A stretch of DNA of 64,000 bases from Macrostomum lignano. Lineage: Eukaryota. The notes under the pieces are model-generated. The model was not told the origin of the DNA and made no database searches. It saw nothing but the letters and a program-made list of their open reading frames with translations. A program made the translations under genes and the position numbers. Every line of letters begins with the position of its first letter. Positions within the stretch are counted from its first letter, which is position 1. Below, one piece after another: positions 15,974 through 28,854 of this stretch. The stretch lies in the NCBI GenBank assembly GCA_002269645.1, contig NIVC01000031.1:744001-808000 (forward strand). Reading direction: 5' to 3'.

Positions 15974-17473
15974 TATTTCGTGGCTTCTTTGCGATCCTGA
16001 ATCTGCAAGTTGTAGCGCTATTCTGGTCTTGGCGTCTCTACAAAGTAGACCTGTGCTGAAAGCCGTCTTAACAGAAATGAGATATTAGCTCTCTATATCT
16101 ATAGGAATGTCGAAATTCCAGTTGCGCGTGCCGCCACTGACTGTCTGGGCGATTCTGCATGCTCCACGTGTTGAGCGCTTTAATTCTCAATTCTCTCTCT
16201 CTCTCTTTCCGTTCTTCTCAGTTCGTTCGACACCCGCCGATAACAGCAGCAGTGTGTAGAACCACCCGCCACCTCAAACCCGAGCTTGCACGGAGCGCAT
16301 TGGTCCTGCAATCGCTTTCGAGGAAAATCTGTCTTATACTCGTAGTCTCAAGAGACCAATTCTGGCTTTATCAGCAGGACCTTACTTTGATTTTTATTTC
16401 TTAAATGCTTTCGCCTCTGCTCGCTCTTCTTCGATCAACAAAGATAACAAACTAATCGAAATAGTTGTACTCGAACCAATTAGCAATGGCTGGCGTTTGC
16501 ACATTTCTGAAGCCATAATTTTCCGATTTACGCTTCTGCTTCTAATAGATGTTAGTTAATTTTGTAAACCCAACAATTGCGAGACAGCTAGCTGGAATTA
16601 GATCCGTGAAACACATGTAGGCAAACTGATGTAGAAAGACGCTAAAGACGTCTAAAGATGGTCGAAAAACCGTTCCTTCATCCGACAATGCAGACTTGCA
16701 GTAGCACTTCATTTAGTAATCAAACTACATGTTGTAATTTAAAGCAATAAATTTCACGACTATCTCAAACATAATAGCGTACATTTCAGAGCTTCTGAGC
16801 CCTCCCTTACTAAAGCGTCATCTGTCTGAATAAAAAAAAGCGACAGCTTTCTTGATGTTTTTAAAAAAGCGTTTCCATAGTTTAAAACAGACATTTTAAT
16901 AATGTCACATCCTAAATGATTTCGCCATGCTAAACATGGCTGGACGCATGCTGGGCCACCAACTTCATGTAGTTTGCTGTTGTTATAATTTAATTCAAGC
17001 TAATTGTCTGGAATACTGTTAATTTAAGCAATGGCTTACATTGTGCAACACAGCTGCATAACAGCTAATAATGCAATCACCGCATATTCCGTTATTTTAG
17101 GATCGGAGGACTCAATGTAATATGATTGCACTAAAAGATTGAAGCATGTTTCAAGGGTGCGGTTGGGTCCATAATGCGACGCATGTAATTAAGTGCTGAA
17201 TGTTTAATTTAGTTATTAATTTATGCAGCGTCGCCTCGAATTTACCTGTACTGACATTTTGCTGGTGGCTAGTCTAACTAACAGCCTAGAAAAGACTGTG
17301 AAGATTATAAGTATGTCTCAAAAATCATAAATTCAGGTTTTGTGCATGATTGACTGCTGAGAGTTCTGCACAACCTATACTTTTGTGACGAGAGCTATGA
17401 GAATAATGTAACTTGAACTAGTTGCATGTACTGTATGCTTTTTTATACTTGTGATGATGAGGCTGGAGGCTGG

Positions 17474-17927
17474 ACGTCATTTATTTGGAGAACGTCGAAG
17501 TAAACGAGTACAACAACAGATGTCGATATTGTAGGCGTAGCAGGGGATCGTGCTCTCGTAGGTGGCGGCGGCAGGGGAAGGACGAGAAGGGCCTGCTCGC
17601 CGCGAGCAGCACCGCGGGGGGGGGAGAGACAGCTAGTAGGTGCTAAAGCACCCTAAACGAGCGGCCGCGGGCAGACTCAAGACCCTAACACTAAAATCAC
17701 CCGCCAATCAGCGGCGGGCGGCTGTCTTCCCCCTCCCCCCGCGGTGCTGCTATTTATTTAGGCGAGCGGGGTCCAGCCCTTCAGCTCGTCCTTCCCCCGC
17801 CACCGCCGCCACCTACGAGAGCACGATCCCCTGCTACACGGCCCCAACGCCAAAAAGCTCAACGCCTACAGTATCGACGTCTGTTGTGTACTTCGTTTTC
17901 TTCGACGTTCTTCAATTAAAATGACGT
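17474..17927. other. ~450-bp imperfect GC-rich palindrome (foldback) with a nested inner stem
   Basis: 17474-17600 is the reverse complement of 17761-17927 (e.g. GGGGATCGTGCTCTCGTAGGTGGCGGCGG vs CCGCCGCCACCTACGAGAGCACGATCCCC); 17607-17633 pairs with 17720-17749. Confidence 0.85.
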
Positions 17928-18425
17928 TCGCCCCAATATCGCCGGTGATCCGGCCTGGTCTACGCTGCTCTTCGTGCCGTACCTCCAACTGGTAAGCCTT
18001 TGACTCTGCATATATTTGTCCTTTGTTTTGGGCCAGTCTTAGGCACCCTAGAGCACCCTAGAGCACCCTAGAGTACGCCAATTCCAACCTCAACCAGTGT
18101 GCGTCGTACGCTCGATCCGCCTAGTCCCAATCGACTCTACGTCGTACGCGGTTCGGTGGAATCGACCGTAGCCAGTGTCAGTACGTAAACCCGGGTCTAT
18201 GGGCCTGGGGCACCAGCTTGAGGACCGAGCCGAGCTCTAGCAGAGTGTAAAATTCGAGTGTAAAAAATAATAAGAATTTGCTTGGAGATCGAACATCTGG
18301 ATATTTGCTGCTTTCAAGAAACATAAATCTTTGGTTTCTAATTATTGCATTTTTATTCATATAGGCTTAGTCTATAGTATAGTTGTTTTAAATTTTACTA
18401 TTTCTAAATTAACAGAACAACAGAT

Positions 18426-20940
18426 ATGGCAGCCATAAGAAGCAAGAAGGAGAGAATCCAAGCCGCAGTGGACAGTGTGATTGAAAGAATTCGTACTGGC
18501 AAAGAGTGTAATTATCGAAAAATTGCTCAAAAATTTTCCGTACCTACCTCAACCGTTTATGAAGAACTCGCAAGCTGATGAACGGTCTGACGGTGACAGA
18601 AAAATACTACCAAGCGGTGTTTGACGCAGGCCGAGGAGCGAATTTTCTGCGATGCCATCAAGCAGGCCGCTCGACAGCAGGTGCCATCACGAGGAAGCAT
18701 GTGCTGCATGCGAGACCGTCCGCAAGATTGGTGCTTTTAAAGAGGAGCGCGGCGGTTTGCGCGACGCAACCATAGGTAGGCCCCAGTAATATAATATGAA
18801 GCCTTCCTAACTTCAAACAGCTCTCAATCTTAAATTCTCTATCAGCTACCTGTCTATCTCTCAGTTAGTCACCTTTCTATATCTCCTCAATCTCAATGAA
18901 TGAATATTCTACTTGCTTGTCAGGCCAAACTAGCCGGACTGTCGAAGCTAAGGCTGGATTACCGGATTTCATTTGCGCCATCCCGACATCGCTCAGCGAA
19001 CGCCGCAGGCGGTTATTAATCCTGCCCGGGCGATTGTGACGGAGGCCGCATTCGGAGGCCGAGGATGATCTACTCGACGGCGCGCTGCAAGATCCATCAC
19101 GAGATCGCAGTGCCGCAGGGATTAAAGTCTCACGCTGTGCTCGCAGAGAAAGGAAGGAAGGAAGGTTTTCCCAGAAAGGACGCTGCATCGAATGGATGGT
19201 TATCCTGTTGATTGCCATTATTCTTTTTCACCCAACGGGTGGAGGACCACCACTGGGTTTGAGGAATTTATAAAAAATACTGTGGTGAGTACATATCTCC
19301 TAGCCCATTCAAAAGGACGCGTGGTCCTTTCCCGCGTTGTTTATTTACATGTATTTCTCTCCTCGCACGCGCCAGTGTCCGGTGAAAAACGGCCCACCCC
19401 TATAGTAGTTTTCTAACTCTGCATTTTTGGAGTATGAGTAAACCTGTGTGCAGCCAGCGTTTGGTCTTAGCCGGGGGAGTCATGTTATTGTCTGAGCCGT
19501 GGAGCCGGCTGATTGGCTGGGCCCACCCCTCCCTCGCGCTGATTGTAGGGTTGGCCTCGCTTAGCCGTGTACGTCAGTGCACCGTTTGCTCCCCGCCCCC
19601 TCCGCCTGTCTATTTTACGTGGGGCCCATGTTGAGGTTTTTTGGAACTTTTGCGCCCCGCCTTGACTTGCGGCCACGCCCGGTCATTGCTCTCTGTGTTT
19701 TCCTGTGCGTCTTACCTGTTTTCTGCGATTCTGCCTGGGTTCTCGTGCGACTGCGCCGCGCCGTTCTGCGTGCCGTGGAAATAGACCGCGCGCATCACCC
19801 GAAACCGTGAGACTTTTCTGCCGTACGTTGTTCTTAGGGGTTGGCTGCTTAGGGCCTAGGCGGAATTGGAGCCTAGCTGTCCCAAAACCACCCCCGACAC
19901 CGGTACCGCGCCGTACGCGTGCTGGAGGCAGTCGCGCCGCTCGAACTGCCTGATCCCCCCGACTCCGAGTCGTACGCGAGTGGATTGGTGACCACAGCGG
20001 GGGTCAGAAGGCGAGCCCGCACTCCGAGAGAAAAGGCCGGGATTTCCCCCTGTCATCACAAAACACATTTAATGCCCGATCTAGAACAAAAACAAATTCT
20101 TTAATTCTGTTGTCCTTTTCACAGATTTGCACGTCTCCGGGATTATCGCTTGAGGTTCTGGAGTACCTGAGGCAACAGAAGGTTGTTCTGTGTACGGGCT
20201 GCATGGTGACGAACGCGCGACGCACATCTTGCAGCCTCTGGACCTCGCTGTGTTTCGCCCCGTCAAATGGGATAGCCCGATCGAGCTTCTGGCCTACAGG
20301 TCCCGGAAGGTCTGCGATTGGAGACTCGATCTGTCACCAGCAAGTTGCGATTCGTGGAGATTGCTCCGACAGAGAGGACTACTTCACGCAGAACATCATG
20401 GCTGGCTTCCGGAAAAATCGAATTTTTCCTCGGAACCCAGCCTGATGCTCTAGCGTATGACAAGCTCTGCAAGCGCGGCAGGACCCCCACCGCGCAGCAG
20501 GCAGGAGGTGAGAAGAATTGTGAGTGTGTGTTATAAACCAGCAACACCGCCTCCACCTCTAGCCTATTCACGACTTGGAGATCAAGCCATGCAGCGACGA
20601 AAGGTGTTGATCGCGCACTGCAGCAGCAGCTGCATGCTTCGTCTGACCGGACAAATGAACTGCCAAACAATTAGTGCAACGAAGACAGCCCGGCAGTGAG
20701 CTGCCGCCCCCACCGAGCACCTGTCTGAGCAGTGCGTGTCTCCAGTGCCGCGCATTCGCCTGGCTACAGACCTGCCGGCGCGGCACCGGCAGCTGACGGG
20801 AATGTGAGCTCCGACCAGCAGAGCACTGACAGTAGGACTAGTTCGAGAGCAGACCACACTGCATCATCAAGAAGAGGAGACCCGACGGTTGAACCCACGA
20901 GTGAGGATTCGCTCTATGTAGCTCGTAGAGAGATGCAGTC
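18426..20940 (+). pseudogene. Decayed pogo/Tigger-like DDE_1 transposase (frameshifts, stops, an interruption)
   Basis: psq-type HTH (NYRKIAQKFSVPTSTVY); CENP-B-HTH-like TQAEERIFCDAIKQAARQQVP and GWITGFHLRHPDIAQRTP; DDE_1 motifs SPNGW...FEEFIK, THILQPLDLAVFRPVK and NIMAGFRKNRIFPRNP, spread over different frames. TIRs not resolved. Confidence 0.85.
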
Positions 20941-23900
20941 AGAGTAATCAGCTAGTAAGTTTTGAGAAGTTAAATTTATAGTTTAATACGAATAGGATAC
21001 AAAATATAGGCCGATCCTTTCTTAAATTCTAATTTATGCCGTAAATTATATTGGATACTATTTCGAGACCATCATCTTGCCTCTATCCCTCTCCTCGTCC
21101 TCTCAGCTCGGCACCGAAAATGCAGCATGACGAAAATTTGGTGTCGGCGGCCGGCTTAATTCATCGTTTAAAATTGCATTTTTTAGTCTGTAAATTATAA
21201 AAAAGTTATGCCCTAGTCGTAAAGAAGTTTGAAATATACAAGCGTACATTGCAAATATATTTGAGGATCTTAAAAACATAAACAAGTTTTTGTCATTTTG
21301 TTATACTTTGTTCTTTCCGTGGTGTTTTAAAAGTGATGGATTGCAGATAGATCAATGGGTAGTTCTCAAATTAAGGTCATGATGTTTTGGTACAGAAAAA
21401 AAAGTTTTTGAATAAAGTAATTATTTTGCAAAAACGATTCTTTCGTCAATTTAATTAAGAAACTGCCGTTAAAACCACAAGAAACCAAATATTTAAGACG
21501 AAATCTAGCAATTTGTTATTTTTCGCAACGGAAAATAAAACGACCAAAAATTGTGAAATAATGCAAGTTTTCTTTTATTTTTTATAAATAAGATACATTT
21601 TTATTTTATGTTTACTATTTAATAAGTATTATTTCAATAGAAAATATTATTTTTAAATCAGCATTTTGTTTTTTTCGTCTAAATTGCTTGTATTTAAAAT
21701 TATCGCGTAACAAGAAACACCCGAAATAATTGATATTGTACCACTCAAGAACTTAATTATTGTACTTAACACTGAAATATGAAGCTTAAAATCTACAAAA
21801 CTGGTTTAGCTAAAAATTAGGCTTGCAAAATATGTCTTTTAAAGCATTAAAAGTTCTTTGAATTAGAAATATATAGTAAATGAGCTAGGAAGCCATTTCT
21901 TTTAAAACCTAAAATACATGTATCTTTTTTTCGAACAGACTTGCGTTTTTTTGAAAAAGAATTCAGCAAGCATTTATATTCTGCAACATAGCTTTAATAC
22001 TATTTTACTATTTTACAATACTATTTTCTTATGTAATTAGGCTGCATAACTACTAAAAGAACAGAGCCATAAATTTAAATTAAATACTTTGGTCTTGGTG
22101 AGTTGGCCTATTACAGACGTCTGACTTGGCAGCCACATGGATCACTGCAATTGCTCTGGCGAACCTCTGTAATCAATTCTGGCCCTGCACTAGCTGTCAT
22201 GCTCGGTATACAATTCGTCTCATTTGATAAATTACGTCGATGCCTGCAGAACTAACCACATCCAAAGGACCGCTGCACATCTTAGCATTGTGGCACATAC
22301 AATGATGCTGGTGTTCTGGCAGAGAAACAGGTAAAAGTGCAGCAAATGGCATTACATATCCGTCCGAGATGTGTGCAGTTTACAGTGCTTTAGCCAATTG
22401 GGTCAGTAGAATTAAATCGATCACATTAGAATAAAAGTAGATGTTCGCTGTACATGTAACAAACCAATAGCAAGACACTATTGGATTTCTTTCCCTTCTA
22501 CTGATGCTCGTACATCAGATGGCTGTCTCCACAGGCCACAGCTCATCGCATTCTCTGTTTATCGCCGCTTCAGTGCTGTCAGCCGCACTTAACTGTGTCC
22601 GGCCTCGGTATATATAGAGTCAGTCCCAATGGAAAATCATCATCTAAAACATATCTAAAGCGTAATTGTCAATCGAAGAGTAAATATAAAATATAGTATG
22701 TCTGTTATGGGACTGCCATGACTAATCTGTTAAACACTTCACAAATTCGTGTGGCAGCACTCTGTAGAGATTCCATCTTTCTGTACCATATTTAATATTA
22801 CATTGCCAGCATCAATGGCAATTAAGTTTTTTCTTTTATCTTTTTTTTTGTTAGTAGCTATATGCATCCAAAGGTGCAAAGTATCAACTGAATGTTTAAG
22901 TTGCTACATGTATATCTTTAATGAAGTGCAGCACATATGAGAATGAATTTAATGTTTCAAAGAAATTAATTTTTTGTGCTTCAGACAGATAATTTCATTG
23001 ATAATAAATCAGATGCAAAATTGTTTTAATACTATTTCTTGACTGATCAAATCATGCAACTTTTTTATTATTCGTTACTCTTATTTTCTTTTCAGTTTCT
23101 ACTACCTCTTGTTTTGACTCATTATGTTTACTTGTAACTTACAATACAAATTTTAAATCAGTTAAGAAAATTTTTGAGTGAAAACAACAAAAAACGACTG
23201 TTTTTAAGAGAAAAATAGTCGATTTTATCTACATAAATCAAATTCTGTTTGTTCTGACTAACATACGCTCGTATTGGGTGATCAATAGCAAAAATTCATC
23301 TAAATACATAAAAAAACATCCAAAAAACCTAACAATGTGCTGAGAAAATTTTTTTTCATAACTAGAGACAAAAAAGTGGTACTTTTTCTCATCCCACAGA
23401 TGAGGACTTTGAATTAAAATAACTTTGGTGCTACTTGCTTTGTTGTAGTCAGCTAAATCTCTCTTTGTTAGGTTAATTTTGTGCTATTGAAAAAAACTTA
23501 AAATTGAATTTAATTAACTTTTCTTTTTTAATATTGAATGAAACTGCCTTAATTGATACTTTAGTGTTAGATATGACTATCTTTCTTAAAAAAACATCAG
23601 AAAACGCAGCTATTAGCTGATTCCATCAACAGAACAAATTAATTAAAAGTGGATTTTTTAATCATTAATAATGTTACGTTTCTAGCGAAAATCGAAATAA
23701 CAACATCTGCTTTGCAATCGAAAGAGTTAAATGGGTTCTAGGTTGTGCTAACCAAAGATATAAATAACATTTATCAATTTTCTTCTTTAATAAGACCACG
23801 TGAACAGAATGTAGCTTCTCTAAAGTGGGTATTATAGCTCGTGCGATAATAAAAATATATATCGAAAAATGAAATAGCGCACTCTGTTGAGATTAACATC

Positions 23901-24814
23901 AAAAGTTCAATGTTAAAAAAGATTAAGACCCATGAGAGGCATTTATATTTTAAGTCCTTTTAGAGCTACAATAAGAAAAGATTTAATATTTCAGGCTGAT
24001 TTTCAAAAATATTTGTTTCACTGCTTACGCTAAACTTTAAAGAACGACCCCAATGTGTGAGCCAAGTTGATTGATTCATAGGCCTACGAGAATTATTATA
24101 TTGAGCCGCTGGATGGAAAATATAACATACTTCAAAATATAACTTTGCTTCATTTTATAAATTAAGTACAAAATGTATAAAGTTTAACCAAGTGTAACTT
24201 TTTCTTACTTGCATGATTTAAGCAATCAGACACTCACCAGAAAGAAGCATTCATCAGCTTTTTAGTTTATATTGTGGCTTCTTTATAATGTGTATAGGCG
24301 TAGTTTTTATTTTATTCATGTTTAAAGTTGATACATTTTTTACATTTTTTTTATTTTTCCTACCTTGTAGGCCTATATAGCTCACAGGACCCGCTAACTA
24401 AGTTAAGTAGGCACTAAGCCTAAGGCTAAGCTTAGCTTGTATTTATAGAATATAGTTATATAATTTTAAATAAGAGGAAGTAGGGCCTACTCTGTAAGTA
24501 AAGTTGTAGAGTAAAAAAGATTTGTGATAAACAGCCAGGCCTACTATCTAAGTCAACCTATGGGCATGACATGGCCATAGCATAGGGACTAGGGCCTACC
24601 CATAGGTGCCTAGTACTAGTAGTAGGGTCTAGGCCAGGCCCTAGTGACAATTTATTGCTTTATAAAAATATTTGGTATAAACTAAATAAATAAATCCACT
24701 AGGGCCATTTTAATTTTAGCAGCTTGTATATTTGTCAAGGCTAAGTTGAGCCTATAGTTTGGATCATGTATTAGGCCCTAGGCCCTAGCCTAGTGTATGC
24801 TGGCAGGTGCAGAG

Positions 24815-25970
24815 TTATGTCTATTCTTTAGGGCGGGCATTTTTGCAACTTACTTTGGTTGGCTGCCAAATCAATTGGCTGGATCGGCCAGATTGGCCAA
24901 CTGTTGCGCATGTATGATAGCATTCCATGATAAGGATTTTTAAATATGTTTATAGTTTGTGGCTAAGTATTCTATGAAATTCTAAAACAAATTGCATGAA
25001 AAACAATAAAATTAATATTTTCTTAATTTTCAAAATACAATGCAAATATAAATATAATAAGTAATTGACACATTTAAAAAATGCAAAACAAATCTTAACA
25101 AAAAACTACAAACTAAAATTTATAAAGCACCTCTTGTCACTAAAATGACTATAGTTATAGAATATAATATCTTCATTTTTTACAAAAGCTTAAGTGTAAT
25201 CTGTCACCAATGAAACTTGTCACAAAAATAACTATTTGTCACTGAAATGTCTATTTCCAAAATGACCAGCAGCCAAAAAAATTGGATATAAATAGGCTTC
25301 TATTCCAATAATTGGATATGCACAGTTGGTATACATGACTTCTAAGATTAAAAAAATAATATGCATATATACTTGGCATGCACTTCATAGAACCACACAG
25401 AAAAGTTAGCATTCAATGGAAAAAAGAATGAAAAGTTTTTTTTAAGTATGTTTTAAGCTTTCTAGTTTTTAAGCTTGTAATAAGGCATTTAAACAAATGT
25501 TTGTATATCTTGATTTTCTATTGTCAATAGTAGAGGCAATAAAGATAAATGAGCAACAAAATTATCTACCAGAAGATTCTGTATGCAATACAAAAATGTC
25601 ATTTATTGTTGCAATGCAAAGAAAGGTCATCTGTTGTTGCCACATTAAGTATAAATTTGAAAATGTTGGCATACATTTTTTTTATATAAATTTGTAGCTA
25701 TTTAATTTTTGTTCAGGTGTATACCAAACATGATTTGGACTATAGGGTAGATGACTAAGATGCCAGATGGTCATAGACCATGATGGCCTCAGGTCTAAAT
25801 ATCTATATAGATGAGGGCAGGCTTAAGGAAAGTCTATATTTTCTTTTTTCCTATTGGTAGTAATCATACATGCGCAACTGCTGGCCGACCTGGCCGATCT
25901 GGCCACCGTAAATTGTGGTGGACCAGGGGTAAGTCGCAAAAATGCCACCCCAAAGAATACGGACGTAGTA
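24815..25970. mobile_element. ~1.15-kb non-autonomous DNA element with ~110-bp imperfect terminal inverted repeats
   Basis: GGGCATTTTTGCAACTTAC...GATCGGCCAGATTGGCCAACTGTTGCGCATGTATGAT at ~24830-24918 is inverted at ~25862-25960; AT-rich non-coding interior. Confidence 0.65.
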
Positions 25971-27654
25971 CTAATTAGATGCCGAGGCATTTAGGCCTGA
26001 TAAGACAGTCATAGTTACTCCTGCCGTTTACCCAAATAAGCGTTATTTTGCTTTAAGGTTTCTTTCACAGGTAAGTCGCATTTTTGGTCAAAAAGTAAGT
26101 CGCATGGCCAGTGTAAATCAGGGGGTTGCGCATGTATGGTAGTAATTAGTATTATCATTGAGTATGTCTTCAACTTTTGGGCCTAGGAAATAAATGTATT
26201 ATAATTGATTAACCAAACAAAAAGCATTCAATTTAGCTAATTGTAGGTTTATCTAATAAATAAAGTGAGCAAGAGCATAAGCCAAAGAGGGAGGGCATAG
26301 GGACATGTCTTTTAAGTCTTCAAAAAATAAGGACAAAAGACAATGGCATTTCTTTTACTTGAAGTTTCTTAATTTAAAACAATGCCAAGTATACTTTTTT
26401 GCTTTTTTAACTTTAGGAAAAGGTTTAAGAAGCTGAAATTATGTAACATTTTTGTTCAACATGGGTTTTTCCAAAAAAATCTAGGTATTAGGCTAATGTC
26501 TAACTAAAGCTATTGATAAAAAATACTGAAATTTGGATATTGTACTTTGAGGTGTTAAAAATCCTGCCATAATGGAATGGCATTTAAAAAAAACAACATT
26601 TTACTAATCAAATAATGAAATGGCCACAAAATAAAAAAATATGACAATAAAAATAGTTTCTTTAAAATTTTGTTTCACTATTTTGACTTTTTTCTAAAAC
26701 AACAAAAACTCTTTGCTGAAGCCAAAGCTTGGATCATGCAATCTCAACAAATAGTTTGTTAAAATGGCCAGATTTAGATGAGATTGTGACAGAAAAATTA
26801 TTTTTTGCCAATATTGACTCACTATAAACTTTTTTACCAAAGTGGGTTGAACTCAGTAAAACTGACTTTTAGGCTATGTTACAAAGGTTTTAGATATTTT
26901 AGGTATATTAGAAGTATGTTTCATAAATAAATAATGAATAAAAAGCTAAATCCAATATTGGGCACAATATTCAAATAGTATTAGTGGAAAGAAAAATTTT
27001 ATACCCTTTCTAAGAAAAAAGTATTGTTAAGTACAATTTAGGAACTGGGGAATCAAAAAACCATACCATCATGCCTAATCTACCAATTGCAATTTGCATT
27101 TACATAATATAGCTACTAGCTAAGTTGAGTTTTAAATTTTCAAACTGCAAGTATGTGCAAGGCAGTCAATGAATAGTTTTTAAAAGCTACATCACTAAAG
27201 TGCTATATTTGCAATTAAAAGTTAATAAATAGCCAGGTAGCCTACTATCTTTTTGCCAAACTGGTCACTTTTTTGTTGAAAAGTACATTTACAAAAACTA
27301 AGAATTCACTTTATTATGTGTAAAATATATAGAGGGTAATGGTAAAACTTTGTTTTACTGTTTTTGCTTTATCCAATGCCTTTAATTTATTTTTCCTCTT
27401 ATAGAATATATAATTTGAAATATTAAAAGTTGTCTATTAACTAGAAGCAACAAAGCTAACATATTAAAGAGTAAAACAAATAGGGTTTTATAAAAATTTA
27501 AACTGAATCTAATACATAAAATTAGTTAAGAATTAAAAAAGATTTTATTATATTATAAATAACAACAAATAAGTCATTATACAGTATAAAGTTACAGTGT
27601 ACATGTATTGTACATGTAAAGTTACATGTACATGTACACAATTATACAATGTAA

Positions 27655-27752
27655 AGTGCTCAATGACCCAAAGGGTTCCAATTGGGTCAATAATCGAACC
27701 CCCGACCTTCAAGTTGTGAGTCTGACTAGCCACTAGGCTACAGCCCCATCCC
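27655..27752 (-). mobile_element. 5' fragment of tRNA-headed SINE family A
   Basis: GTAGCCTAGTGG...GGGGGTTCGATT head, same as 38072-38360. Confidence 0.65.
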
Positions 27753-27831
27753 CACTTTATATATACATATATATATATATCGTAAAAAACCTTTTCCAAC
27801 AGTCTTATCCAACTAAGCATCCAACACATGC

Positions 27832-28323
27832 ATGCATCGCCTACCAGTCTTATTTGGTCAGGCCAGCCGTGGCCTGAAACAGCTCCGATTCACAAAGGAC
27901 GGCCCAGCAACTACAGTTGTAGAATTAGTCGACTGCGATTCAAAATCGAAGCCTTCATCGCCCAAGTTGAATTTTGACAGCATTGGCCACCCGCAGGAGA
28001 CCTGCCCAGTTACTAAACTCTCCCAAGCTGGTATTAACCTGGACTACACCGATGTCAAAGTGTTAGCACAATTTCTCCGACCAGATGGTTCTATCCTACC
28101 TAAAGAGGCTACTGGTTTGAGTTTGAAAGCTCAGTATCACATTGAGATGCTGATCGAGCGAGCTCGAAATGCCGGCCTGATGCCATTGGAGATCGGTCCA
28201 GATGGTCAGCATGTTTACATTGAACAGCCCAGAGATCAGTTCAATGTGTACTACAATTCGAAAATTATTGGCCTACCAACTGCTAAGAAGGCTAGTTGGC
28301 AGTATAGCCCACCGGATGACTAA
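27832..28323 (+). CDS. MRPS18A: Mitochondrial ribosomal protein S18 family, most like MRPS18A (mL66), 163 aa, intronless
   Basis: LDYTDVKVLAQFLRPDGSILPKEATGL...ERARNAGLMP matches the bS18 core, with the FLRPDG..LP signature of the S18A branch; basic N-terminal leader compatible with mitochondrial targeting. Confidence 0.8.
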   Translation: MHRLPVLFGQASRGLKQLRFTKDGPATTVVELVDCDSKSKPSSPKLNFDSIGHPQETCPVTKLSQAGINLDYTDVKVLAQFLRPDGSILPKEATGLSLKAQYHIEMLIERARNAGLMPLEIGPDGQHVYIEQPRDQFNVYYNSKIIGLPTAKKASWQYSPPDD

Positions 28324-28854
28324 CATTTTCTCCTGTCTAGAATTGCTTTTTTTCAAGACTGTCATCTTCATTTGTTGGTTTTGTAGATTTTTGCTAAATA
28401 ATAAGTAAAATAACGGTATAGCATCAGTTAGTTCGTTTGTGAAAGTTGTTGCCGTATTTAACTTTCTTTACTCGTGTGTTAATATCATTAATCTAGTTGG
28501 CAAAGCTGGTGCGCACTGAGAGTTAGTGACTTCATTTTTCGCAGTTTTAAATAACCCTGTGCTTTTTGTTTACGTTACTAGTATGGCGAAGTTAAATTAA
28601 TCTGTGCCAAGACTATAGCAATACAGTTGAATATAGTAGGTTTACCTATCCCCCCCATGTAGCCCTTAATTGCGCAGTTTTTAACGGGTTTAAATAGGTG
28701 TCAAAGTCTCCAATTAACTAAGATTATCTCTCGTCAACTCAGCTTATATTTCAGCGAAACAACAGTGCTGAAAGTAGTATGTTGGATTTGTTTATAATAC
28801 CAAAAACATTGTCGAAAGTTGGATTTTCAAGTCAGGTATTCCGGGCATGGTGTT

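Noticed and set aside
20700-20800. PHD-finger-like CLQC..WLQTC at the pogo C-terminus
   Set aside because: Too degenerate; the Cys/His spacing is incomplete.
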